Shown here piece by piece: positions 26,781 to 37,626 of a DNA stretch of 59,918 nucleotides. The stretch is from assembly GCA_002316295.1 (NCBI GenBank), contig DCDF01000173.1:1-59918 (forward strand), in the 5' to 3' direction. This stretch comes from Syntrophaceae bacterium UBA1062 (GTDB lineage Bacteria; Desulfobacterota; Desulfomonilia; UBA1062). The notes below the pieces were generated by a model. The model was given only the letters and a program-made list of their open reading frames with translations, was not told the DNA's origin and did no database searches. The number at the start of each line of letters is the position of its first letter. Position 1 is the first letter of the stretch. Position numbers and translations under genes: made by a program.

Positions 26781-28676
26781 CTAAAACTTCATCTGCAGCG
26801 AAACACGATAGGTCCTGCCTGGCACAGGGTACCAGAAGCTGCCCCAGTCAGACTTGTCTTCGAATTCCACCGAGTCGTCGTCCAGAATATTGCTGATCTT
26901 GAAGGCTGCGGTTGCAAACCTGCTGATCTCGCAAGCGACGCCTGCATCGAGGATGTGGCGGTTGCCTGTTTTCTCGGTGTTGGCGTCGTCAGTGTACACC
27001 CCTTCCCTGAACTGGTAGGAGGCGAATATGTCGACCTGCCTCCCGAAAATCACGGGCAGATAGTCCGCTTGAAAAGTGAAGATGTCCTGGGGCTTGAGCC
27101 TGATCCTCTTGCTCTCGAAGGGGCCGCTGCCATATCTGAACTGGTTGAATGCATAGCCGAGCGAGAGCTTCAGCGGATCGAATGGCTTTACCCATGCATT
27201 GGCCTCCATTCCCGATGCATGGGCCCTGTCTATGTTCACATAGGTGAATGTCATCTCGGCGGGATAATCCATCTTGATCAGGTCGCTGTAGCGCGTCACG
27301 AAATAGCTCGCGCTCAGGCCGAACCGTTCGAATTCGATAACGGGCCCGACGTCCCAGCCGACGGACTTCTCGGGCTTCAAACCCGGATTGGAAAGAAAGG
27401 TATACCAGCTCGACGGAGTATAGAGATGGCCCATGGTCGGCTCGCGGTAGCCGGTGCCGGTGTTTGCCTTGAGACTAACATGCGGCGCGACGTTCCAGAG
27501 CACGCCGCCGTGGAAGGTCCACCGGCCTTCGAATGCCGTGCTGTAGTCGTGCCGTACGGCCAACGAAAAGAGAACCGGATCGAGGCTCAGATCCGATGTG
27601 ATGAGCCCCGATGTCACGGTTCGCGAATGGATCCCGTAGTCGTCGCTGCCGAGCCGCTCCCTGCGCACGGTGATTTCGGGGGCGAGGCGCAAGGGGCCTG
27701 CGCTTCGGGAATAGATGAGATCCAGATAGTCTGAGGTGAGCTTCGTGAAGACGTCGCCTGCATAAAAGGTGAGCGAGTGGTTGCGGTTATAGATCCTGGA
27801 AGCCTTGATCGCGAACGATGAATCACGATCGAGCTCGCGGCTGATGTCGAGCATGAGCGAGTACTGCCTGACGTTGACTTCGTCGTCCGGGGTCAGAACG
27901 CCCGCATCGCCCTCGCTGCCGGGAGAGCCCAGCTGCTGCTCGGCCGCAGAGCCCGAGAGGAGCGTATCCCATCCGTCGATGTCCATCCAGAGCTTGGAGA
28001 GGATAAAGGTGTTTTCCGTCTCGTTGTTTTCTCTGCGCGCCGTGGTGCCGTCCGGCCTCTCATAGAGAAAGTCGTTATCCGCCCAGCTCCGGGTCGCGTC
28101 CAGCAGAAAACCTGACCCACCTCTGGCGGTGTTCAGGAACAGATTATACAGGTTGTGTCCGTAGGTGCCGAGCGATGAGGTGAGCTCAAGGGCGTCGCCC
28201 GGCCTGGGGTTTCTGGTGACGATATTGACCGCTCCTCCCATGGCCGATCCGCCGAATGCGGCCGAATTGCTGCCTTTCACGATCTCGATCCGGTCGATCT
28301 CGGGAATCGCGTAGAGAGACAGGTCGACCAGATCACCGCTCGCAGAGGTGAGGGGAACACCGTCGAACATGACGAGCGTCTGCTGAAAATTCGACCCCCG
28401 CAGGCTGACCGGGACAGGGACCGCTCCCCCGTAGCTGGGCAGGTCGACGCTGACGGCCTTTCTGATCGCATCACGGGTATCGATGAGCCCGGATGCCAGG
28501 GGCCTGACCCGGACGACCTCGGTAAACGATGTGGGAGACTTGTCCGCAACGGAGCCGGAAGACGCATCATCGAGGGCAGTAGCCGTGACAATGATCTCCT
28601 CGGCTGGACAGGGGGAAAAAAGGAAACACGAAACAGTGAACGATACGATGCACAGTGCGGTGAAGCGGTGAAACAT
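26781..28676 (-). CDS. btuB: TonB-dependent outer-membrane receptor, probably a cobalamin/corrinoid transporter
   Basis: Has a signal peptide, the TonB box EEIIVTATA, plug and beta-barrel regions, and a C-terminal aromatic residue (…SLQMKF). It is preceded by a cobalamin riboswitch. Confidence 0.88.
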   Translation of the reverse strand: MFHRFTALCIVSFTVSCFLFSPCPAEEIIVTATALDDASSGSVADKSPTSFTEVVRVRPLASGLIDTRDAIRKAVSVDLPSYGGAVPVPVSLRGSNFQQTLVMFDGVPLTSASGDLVDLSLYAIPEIDRIEIVKGSNSAAFGGSAMGGAVNIVTRNPRPGDALELTSSLGTYGHNLYNLFLNTARGGSGFLLDATRSWADNDFLYERPDGTTARRENNETENTFILSKLWMDIDGWDTLLSGSAAEQQLGSPGSEGDAGVLTPDDEVNVRQYSLMLDISRELDRDSSFAIKASRIYNRNHSLTFYAGDVFTKLTSDYLDLIYSRSAGPLRLAPEITVRRERLGSDDYGIHSRTVTSGLITSDLSLDPVLFSLAVRHDYSTAFEGRWTFHGGVLWNVAPHVSLKANTGTGYREPTMGHLYTPSSWYTFLSNPGLKPEKSVGWDVGPVIEFERFGLSASYFVTRYSDLIKMDYPAEMTFTYVNIDRAHASGMEANAWVKPFDPLKLSLGYAFNQFRYGSGPFESKRIRLKPQDIFTFQADYLPVIFGRQVDIFASYQFREGVYTDDANTEKTGNRHILDAGVACEISRFATAAFKISNILDDDSVEFEDKSDWGSFWYPVPGRTYRVSLQMKF

Positions 28677-28689
28677 GGGACACCTCCTC

Positions 28690-28890
28690 AGGCGAATTCC
28701 CTCGGAGTCTCCATCTGGGTACGCAGATGCAGTCCTGTAACCGCGGATAGGTCTTCTGACTCACGGATCTCCCAGACGGCCTCACCTTCCCGCGTCTAAC
28801 AGCAGTGGTGGTCGGCGACCGCCTGTCCCCGTTCACAGCGGCGTCCCCGTCCCGGAATCGCACCGGGTTCCCTTGAATCCGCAGCAGGGT
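28690..28890 (-). promoter_or_regulatory. Cobalamin (B12) riboswitch in the 5' leader of the TonB-dependent receptor
   Basis: The minus strand reads ...CTGCGGATTCAAGGGAACCCGGTGCGATTCCGGGACGGGGACGCCGCTGTGAACGGGGAC...GAGTCAGAAGACCTATCCGCGG. This includes the conserved AAGGGAA/GGTG..ATTCC/GCCGCTG core and the B12 box AGTCAGAAGACCT (within 28745-28762). The P1 helix pairs CTGCGGAT (28884-28877) with ATCCGCGG (28748-28741). The SD GAGGAGG follows at 28689-28683. Confidence 0.85.
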
Positions 28891-28896
28891 GTTACA

Positions 28897-28925
28897 TAGC
28901 TAGCAGAGCGGTGATGGGATGTCAA
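28897..28925 (-). promoter_or_regulatory. Candidate promoter for the riboswitch-btuB transcript
   Basis: The minus strand reads TTGACA (28925-28920), a 17-nt spacer, then TAGCTA (28902-28897). The -10 is weak, but the predicted start falls just upstream of riboswitch P1. Confidence 0.3.
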
Positions 28926-29255
28926 CACGAAAGCCTTTGAAAATATTGATATTGTGAGGATAGAGACTCGTTTCATTGGTGTTTGGAGAGGAGCCGTCCG
29001 CGCATCTCTGCACTGCCGGCCCTCTCTTCAGACATGTCATCCGGTGCTGAGATGAATCGGATACAGGCGGGATGAGAATGTGTCCTTCGCTCATGGCATA
29101 AACCGGAGAAGCTCTGTCCCTGATGAGGGCTCCCTCTCCCTGATAAGGTGCGTAAGCCCCGGATACATCGGCTGTTTCTATCAAAAGAATCAAAATGCAT
29201 ATACACCCTGTTTTTGCCCTTGCGGCGCGGGGTGATTTCTGGCATATGCACAATC

Positions 29256-29330
29256 ATGACAACGACATCAGCTACCAGGTATTATGGGTTTTATTTCTGG
29301 TTTTTCGGGGGTGAACCGCCTGTGGGCTGA
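29256..29330 (+). CDS. Candidate aromatic-amino-acid leader peptide (24 aa, [24 protein letters not shown])
   Basis: Runs from ATG 29256 to TGA 29328-29330. Codons 29280-29306 read TAT TAT GGG TTT TAT TTC TGG TTT TTC. It is followed by antiterminator and terminator elements and then aroF. No good SD precedes it. Confidence 0.5.
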   Translation: MTTTSATRYYGFYFWFFGGEPPVG

Positions 29331-29375
29331 TCTGTTCGCACGATGAACAAAAAGGCCGTGGGTGGTTCAACCCCC
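29307..29375 (+). promoter_or_regulatory. Candidate antiterminator helix of the aroF leader
   Basis: GGGGGTGAACCGCC (29307-29320) is complementary to GGTGGTTCAACCCCC (29361-29375): 14 bp with one bulge and one G-U pair. It overlaps both arms and the loop of the terminator, so the two structures are mutually exclusive. Confidence 0.5.
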
Positions 29376-29387
29376 ACGGCCTTTTTT
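29354..29387 (+). terminator. Intrinsic terminator (attenuator) upstream of aroF
   Basis: GGCCGTGGG (29354-29362) pairs with CCCACGGCC (29373-29381) and is followed by TTTTTT (29382-29387). An A-run on the 5' side could extend the stem. Confidence 0.7.
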
Positions 29388-29434
29388 ATTGCCGTGGGTC
29401 CGCCTCATGGTCGTTCTCACATAAGGAGGCATGT

Positions 29435-30454
29435 ATGATCATATCGATGAAAAAGGGCGCGACACCGCAAGAGATCAGCCACGTCAGGAAGCTGATCGAA
29501 GAGCTCGGATACAAGGTGCACGAGAGCCAGGGCTCGGAACGGATGGTGTTCGGTGCGATAGGAGACGAGCGGAGCAAGCACCGGCTCACCTCCCTCGAGG
29601 CTCAGCCCGGGGTGGAGAAGGTGATTCCCATCCTCGCCCCGTACAAGCTGGCCTCGAGAGAGACGAAGCAGGAGTCCACCGTGATCGACCTGGGGCACGG
29701 GGTAAAGGTCGGGAACCGCAAGCTGCTCGTCATCGCCGGTCCCTGCGCGGTGGAGTCCCAGGATCAGATCATGGAGGTCGCCGCCGCGATGAAGGAGTGC
29801 GGCGCTCACATGCTCAGGGGCGGAGCGTTCAAACCCAGGACCTCGCCATATGCATTCCAGGGCCTCATGAACGACGGTCTGTACCTTCTTGCAAAGGCCA
29901 GAGAAGCCTACAGTCTGCCCGTGATCACCGAGGTCATGGACACGGCCAGCCTCGAGATCATTTCCGAGCATGCGGACTGCCTGCAGGTGGGCGCGCGCAA
30001 TATCCAGAATTTCCAGCTGCTCAAGGAGGTGGGCAAGACCCGGAAACCCGTCCTCCTCAAGCGGGGCATGTCCACGACCATCGAGGAGTTTCTCATGTCG
30101 GCCGAGTATGTTCTTTCGAACGGAAACCACCAGGTGATCCTCTGCGAGCGCGGTATCCGGACCTTCGAGACCGCCACCCGCAACACCCTGGATCTCTCCG
30201 CCGTGCCGGTGCTCAAGGAGAAGACCCATCTGCCCGTGATCGTGGACCCATCCCACGGCACCGGACACGCGCGCTATGTCATGCCCATGGCGTATGCAGC
30301 GGTTGCGGCCGGCGCCGACGGTCTCATGATCGAGGTGCATCCCAGGCCCGAGGAGGCGTTGAGCGACGGTCCGCAGTCTCTCAGACCGAATGAATTCAAG
30401 CACTTGATGGAAGGGTTGCGGCGCATCGCAAGTGCGGTGGACAGGGATATCTGA
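29435..30454 (+). CDS. aroF: 3-deoxy-7-phosphoheptulonate (DAHP) synthase, type I-beta with an N-terminal ferredoxin-like regulatory domain
   Basis: 339 aa, with the SD AAGGAGG 5 nt upstream. The catalytic motifs [12 protein letters not shown] and GARNIQNF are present. The ~65-aa N-terminal extension ([33 protein letters not shown]...) resembles that of the Thermotoga-type enzyme. Confidence 0.92.
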   Translation: MIISMKKGATPQEISHVRKLIEELGYKVHESQGSERMVFGAIGDERSKHRLTSLEAQPGVEKVIPILAPYKLASRETKQESTVIDLGHGVKVGNRKLLVIAGPCAVESQDQIMEVAAAMKECGAHMLRGGAFKPRTSPYAFQGLMNDGLYLLAKAREAYSLPVITEVMDTASLEIISEHADCLQVGARNIQNFQLLKEVGKTRKPVLLKRGMSTTIEEFLMSAEYVLSNGNHQVILCERGIRTFETATRNTLDLSAVPVLKEKTHLPVIVDPSHGTGHARYVMPMAYAAVAAGADGLMIEVHPRPEEALSDGPQSLRPNEFKHLMEGLRRIASAVDRDI

Positions 30455-30493
30455 GCCCTTGATTTTCCAGGACAGCGGCACTAAGATATCGGC

Positions 30494-31027
30494 ATGGCAT
30501 ATTTCCAGCCTGAACACAGGAGCATGCTCATACAGGGCTCTCTGCTGGCGGAGCGTATTGTATCCAAAGAGACCCAATGGTGTGGAGACGGGCGCTATGA
30601 CGTTACAACCCTGGCTGAATCAGGAGAGGACGAACGCAAGGAGGGAGTGTTCGCCCATCTCCTCCTGCTCAGGCCTGAAGAGGAGAAAAAGCCCCCCCTG
30701 TTCAGGATCAGCCTGCAGGACATCGAGATATTCGATTTCGTCCGGAAGCACCGCGAAATCGACCTCGTATCGTTCTTCACCTTCATCATGACCCACGAGC
30801 TGCTCCACATCCACCGCTTTTCCACCGGCATGGCGGACTTCTACGAGACCCAAAAAGTCGAGGAGGAGGAGGCGTTCGTCGATTCCCTCACGCGTCTCCT
30901 TCTTGCCAAGAACCCGGTGACCGGGTTCAAGAATATTCTCACACTGCTTGACAAGGTAGAGGCGGCGCCTCTATACAGCCCCACAAAAATAGTAGATCGA
31001 GGGAGGTATTTTCATGCCTATCTATGA
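30494..31027 (+). CDS. Hypothetical protein with an HExxH motif
   Basis: 177 aa. The only recognisable feature is [13 protein letters not shown] (HELLH). It overlaps the next gene by 14 nt. The start is unsupported by an SD. Confidence 0.5.
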   Translation: MAYFQPEHRSMLIQGSLLAERIVSKETQWCGDGRYDVTTLAESGEDERKEGVFAHLLLLRPEEEKKPPLFRISLQDIEIFDFVRKHREIDLVSFFTFIMTHELLHIHRFSTGMADFYETQKVEEEEAFVDSLTRLLLAKNPVTGFKNILTLLDKVEAAPLYSPTKIVDRGRYFHAYL

Positions 31028-31274
31028 GTATAAGTGTCTGAAGTGTCATCACGAGTTCGAGGCGGTCCAGAAATTCAGCGATGCACCCGTCTGCCAGTGC
31101 TCCGTTTGCGGAGGGCCGGTGAAGAAGCTCATCTCCCGCTCATCTTTCCATCTCAAGGGCTCGGGCTGGTACCTGACGGATTATGCCAAGAAAAACGGCC
31201 CCACAGACTCCAAGTCGTCGTCGGAGACTTCTTCGTCATCGAAAGATACGTCGTCTTCGTCGGACTCCGATTGA
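31014..31274 (+). CDS. FmdB-family zinc-ribbon protein
   Basis: [34 protein letters not shown] has the CxxC...CxxC pattern of the FmdB/CxxC_CxxC_SSSS family. The tail is Ser-rich and acidic. Confidence 0.85.
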   Translation: MPIYEYKCLKCHHEFEAVQKFSDAPVCQCSVCGGPVKKLISRSSFHLKGSGWYLTDYAKKNGPTDSKSSSETSSSSKDTSSSSDSD

Positions 31275-31287
31275 GCGATCCGGCGTC

Positions 31288-31761
31288 ATGGGGTTCACTC
31301 ATCTCGACGACAAAGGCCGGATATCCATGGTGGATGTCGCGGGCAAAGAGGCGACCGCCAGGGTCGCCGTCGCCCGCGGATCGATCACCATGAGCAGGGA
31401 CGCATTCAATGCGGTTACGAGCGACCAGGTGGCCAAGGGCAATGTGCTGGCGACGGCAAAGATCGCAGCCATCATGGCCGCAAAGACCACGGCGAACACA
31501 ATCCCGCTTTGCCACCCTCTTCCCATCGACCAGGTGATCGTGGAGTTCTTCCCGCACGAAGAGTCTTCCAGCATCGAAGTGGAGTCAACGGTCAAGGTCT
31601 CCGGGAAAACCGGCGTTGAAATGGAAGCACTGCACGCGGCGAGCATCGCGCTGCTCACCATTTACGACATGTGCAAGGCAATCGACAAGACCATGGTCAT
31701 CAGCGATATCCGACTCATGGAAAAATCAGGGGGCAAAAGCGGCCGCTTCAAGCGCCCCTGA
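31288..31761 (+). CDS. moaC: Cyclic pyranopterin monophosphate synthase accessory protein
   Basis: Starts at MGFTHLDDKGRISMVDVAGK. Contains AKGNVLATAKIAAIMAAKTTANTIPLCHPL and MEALHAASIALLTIYDMCKA, both typical MoaC segments. Confidence 0.92.
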   Translation: MGFTHLDDKGRISMVDVAGKEATARVAVARGSITMSRDAFNAVTSDQVAKGNVLATAKIAAIMAAKTTANTIPLCHPLPIDQVIVEFFPHEESSSIEVESTVKVSGKTGVEMEALHAASIALLTIYDMCKAIDKTMVISDIRLMEKSGGKSGRFKRP

Positions 31762-31764
31762 CAG

Positions 31765-32357
31765 TCATCGTCTCTTCAGCGTCATCTCATCGACAATCGA
31801 AAGAATGTCCCGGCTCACCAGATCGCGGGGACGGTCCGCGTCGATGACCCGGTGCCGTGCGCCGGTGGCGAGGTCGAGGAAGGCCTGCCGGAGCCTGCCG
31901 TGATATGCGAGGTCCCTGAGCTCGAACTTGTCTCCCGGCACGATCCTCTCGAGCGCGACACTGGGGTCGATGTCCAGGACAATGGTGAGGTCCGGCTCGA
32001 GCCAGGTTCCGGTCATTTCCATGATCGCCCGGACCTTTTCCACCCCGAGCCCGCCCATGACCCCCTGGTAGGCAAGCGTCGAGTCGATAAATCGGTCGAT
32101 GATCACGATCCTGCCTTCGGACAGCGCAGGAGTGATCATTTTCACGATGTTCTCACGGCGGGAAGAGAGCACCAGGAGCAGCTCGGTCATGACATCGATG
32201 TCTTCATGGAAAAAGAGCCCGCGGACTTTTTCAGAGAACGCTGAGCCGCCCGGCTCTCTGAGTGAGAGCCGGGGCAGCCCGTATTTATCGAGATGGGCGC
32301 AGAGAAGCTCTGTGTAGGTCGATTTGCCCGTTCCTTCTCCGCCCTCGAAGCTGATGA

Positions 32358-32361
<4 letters not shown>
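31765..32361 (-). CDS. tmk: Thymidylate kinase
   Basis: The GTG start overlaps the ppdK stop (GTGA). The P-loop ISFEGGEGTGKST and the DRF(I)DS motif are present. Confidence 0.9.
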
Positions 32362-35021
<2,660 letters not shown>

Positions 35022-35062
35022 GACATTCTCCCTCTTCGCTATATGTGTTGGAAATCAGGAAG

Positions 35063-35091
35063 ACGATAGTAAAATAAAGGTCTGTGTTCAA
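35063..35091 (-). promoter_or_regulatory. Candidate promoter of ppdK
   Basis: The minus strand reads TTGAAC (35091-35086), a 17-nt spacer, then TATCGT (35068-35063), about 40 nt upstream of the ATG. Confidence 0.3.
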
Positions 35092-35207
35092 GCAAAAAAT
35101 AGCATTGTGACAAAGCCGAAAAAGTGCCCGGAGATATCCGGTCGAACGATGTCACCCGAGACGCTCAGGCTCGTTTATCAAGACTCGTATGATATCCGCG
35201 GGCACGA

Positions 35208-36548
35208 TCACCTGCAGTGATTCAGCACCGATCTCGCGGCGACAATGCCGGAGCAGCTGGCCTGAATCAGGCCTCTGGTGATGCCGGCTCCGTCGCCGAT
35301 GACGTACAGGCCCTGAAGCTCTGTCTGCAGATTGCGGTCGAGATCGATGCGGTTGGAGTAGAACTTGACCTCGATCCCGTAGAGGAGCGTGTGCGCGGAA
35401 TTGACGCCCGGCGCGATCGCGTCGAGGCTGGCAAGCATCTCCATGATGTCCGTGAGGATCCGGTACGGCAGGCAGTAGCTCAGGTCGCCCGGCGTGGCGT
35501 TCTTCAAGGTCGGCCTGGTCAGGCTCCTCAGGAGCCGTGATGGGTTGGTCCTTCTGCCTGCCTGGAGATCCCCCAGTCGCTGGACGATGACCCCTTTGCC
35601 CAGCATATTGGCAAGCCTGGCCACGGACTGGCCGTACCCGATGGGGTCATCGAAGGGCTCGGTGAAATCAGCGCTCACGAGAATCGCGAAGTTGGTGTTC
35701 TCCGTGCGGGTCCGAGCCCAGGAATGGCCGTTGACCGTGAGGATGTCGCCCACAGTCTCTCTGACCACCTCGCCGTAGGGGTTCATGCAGAAGGTCCGCA
35801 CCCGGTCGTCGAATGTCGGGGAATAGTAGACGAATTTGGTCTCGTAGGCCTTGGAGGTGAGATCCTCCATGACCACGGCCGGAAGCTCCACCCTCACGCC
35901 CAGATCCACCGGGTTCGGGTGCATCTGAAGGCCGAGCCTCTTCGCCTGCTCGGACATCCATGAAGAGCCGACTCTGCCCGGCGCCGCAATAACGAAACGG
36001 GCCTCGACGAGGGTGCCGTCTTCAAGGCTCACGCCCGTGACCCGGTCACCGTCTTTGAGAATGTCCTTGGCCCTGGTGTTGAATTTTACGCGGACCCGAC
36101 TGCTCAGCTCGTCACGCATCCTTTTGAGGATGGTGTGGCAGTTCTCGGTTCCGATATGACGGACTTTGGTCGGCACGTAGATGAGACCGGCGAGCTTCGC
36201 CCGGGCGGATATCCGGGCTGCGTCGTCCGGTTCCACCGAATAGAGACCCCCGGAGAAGTCATGACTCGTGTAGATTCCATCGACCTCTTCCAGGAGCCCC
36301 ATGAGCTCGTCCTCGTTCAGAAGCGACGAGAGCTGGCCTCCCACGTCGGTGGATATGGTGAGCTTCCCGTCACTGTATGCGCCTGCGCCTCCCCAGCCGA
36401 TAAGCATGTCTCTGCCCGTCCTGCTCCGTTCGGTGATGTCCTTCCCCTGTTCGACGATGACGATGTCGAGCCCGTCCGAGTGCTTCGCCAGCTCCTGAGC
36501 CGCGAAGATCCCCGCAGGCCCTGCACCGATGATCACCACGTCAGCCAT
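35208..36548 (-). CDS. FAD-dependent oxidoreductase (COG2509-like)
   Basis: The N-terminal dinucleotide fold VVIIGAGPAGIFAA and a C-terminal GDGAG motif are present. The length and pattern match the uncharacterised NAD(FAD)-utilising dehydrogenase family. Confidence 0.75.
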   Translation of the reverse strand: MADVVIIGAGPAGIFAAQELAKHSDGLDIVIVEQGKDITERSRTGRDMLIGWGGAGAYSDGKLTISTDVGGQLSSLLNEDELMGLLEEVDGIYTSHDFSGGLYSVEPDDAARISARAKLAGLIYVPTKVRHIGTENCHTILKRMRDELSSRVRVKFNTRAKDILKDGDRVTGVSLEDGTLVEARFVIAAPGRVGSSWMSEQAKRLGLQMHPNPVDLGVRVELPAVVMEDLTSKAYETKFVYYSPTFDDRVRTFCMNPYGEVVRETVGDILTVNGHSWARTRTENTNFAILVSADFTEPFDDPIGYGQSVARLANMLGKGVIVQRLGDLQAGRRTNPSRLLRSLTRPTLKNATPGDLSYCLPYRILTDIMEMLASLDAIAPGVNSAHTLLYGIEVKFYSNRIDLDRNLQTELQGLYVIGDGAGITRGLIQASCSGIVAARSVLNHCR

Positions 36549-37626
36549 AGACAGCCCTCCTTTTGGCGATGAGTATGAAAAGAGCCAGAATCAATGCGGC
36601 TGCATTTGCGCTCCATGAGGCGATCAACGGATGGATGACGCCGGAGGCTCCAAGGCCGGTCATGCTGGAATGGAGGAACCAGTACGACAGCCCCAGCACC
36701 AGACCCAGCGAGATCCCCCGTGCTATTCCTCCCGCCCTGGGGAACCTCATCCCGAAGGGGATGACCAGAACCGCTATGATGAAGGGCGCCAGGGCGAAGC
36801 TGATCCTGCTGTGATACAGGGTTTCGGTTGCTGGGGATGTGACTCCGTCCGCTCTGAGCTGCTGAAGGTATTTCCTGAGCTCCGGCAGAGGGAGCACCTC
36901 GGTTTTCGTCTCAGCCATGATCAGATCCTCGGGTTTCCGGTCGAGAGGGAGGATCGTCGCCGTGCGCGCCTCAGAGATTCCTACCTCGCTCAGATCGAAG
37001 ACTTCCATGCCCTGCGCCAACCAGACATTTCCGTCCCAGCGGGCGCTCTCCGCACGAATGACCTGGACGAGCCTCCCGGAGGAAAACCGGTAACAGGTGA
37101 TGTTTTCCATGACTCCCAGGGTGATGTTGAGGTTGGCCACGGTATAGATGTCCTGGCCAACCTTGAACCTGCCGCCGCTCAATGTGAAGCTCCCGGCCAC
37201 CTCGGTCTTCTTGATGTGCAGGTTTTCGATCCGGTCGGCCTGCCGCTGGGCCGACGGGTAGATATAGAAGCTCGTGGATGCCATCAGCAGGGTCGCAAGG
37301 AGCCCCACGACGAGGTAGGGAATATAGATCTGTGCAAGGGACACCGAGCACGACTGCATGGCGATAATCTCGCTGTGGCGCGAAAAAGCGGCCTGGGCGG
37401 CCAGGATGCCGAGGCAGACCGAGAAAGGAAGGATCCAATGTATCATCTGCGGAACCGAATAAGCGAGGTAGAGCAGAATGGTCGGCAGCCCGGTGTCGTA
37501 CTCGGCGAAGGTGGTGAGTTTTCCGAACAGCTCGGATACCACCATGAGGAGTATGAGGCTCACCAGTGCGGCCAGGGTCATCGCCAGTGCCTTCCGGAAA
37601 ATATACCAGCGGACGATGGAGGCCAT
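36541..37626 (-). CDS. lptG: LPS export ABC transporter permease LptG (YjgP/YjgQ family)
   Basis: Starts at MASIVRWYIFRKAL, with the ATG overlapping the lptF stop (TGATG). Six-TM YjgP/YjgQ architecture with a periplasmic beta-jellyroll insert. Confidence 0.8.
   Translation of the reverse strand: MASIVRWYIFRKALAMTLAALVSLILLMVVSELFGKLTTFAEYDTGLPTILLYLAYSVPQMIHWILPFSVCLGILAAQAAFSRHSEIIAMQSCSVSLAQIYIPYLVVGLLATLLMASTSFYIYPSAQRQADRIENLHIKKTEVAGSFTLSGGRFKVGQDIYTVANLNITLGVMENITCYRFSSGRLVQVIRAESARWDGNVWLAQGMEVFDLSEVGISEARTATILPLDRKPEDLIMAETKTEVLPLPELRKYLQQLRADGVTSPATETLYHSRISFALAPFIIAVLVIPFGMRFPRAGGIARGISLGLVLGLSYWFLHSSMTGLGASGVIHPLIASWSANAAALILALFILIAKRRAVYG

Noticed and set aside
29116-29150. CTGATGAG sequence reminiscent of a hammerhead ribozyme core.
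   Set aside because: No GAAA element follows a stem II, no stem I/III arrangement can be drawn, and there is no cleavage-site triplet in the right register. It is more simply explained as one copy of the TCCCTGAT(G/A)AGG direct repeat.
29148-29255. Longer 60-aa version of the leader ORF starting at GTG 29148.
   Set aside because: There is no SD, and the upstream 36 codons have no coding character. The regulatory logic needs only the short ATG-initiated peptide. The short form is kept as the hypothesis, but which start is used remains untested.
29417-30577. 386-aa minus-strand ORF and 320-aa + strand ORF (29431-30393) overlapping the DAHP synthase gene.
   Set aside because: The frame starting at 29435 carries the diagnostic [12 protein letters not shown] and GARNIQNF motifs and a well-placed SD. 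The other two frames give compositionally biased sequences with no recognisable domain.
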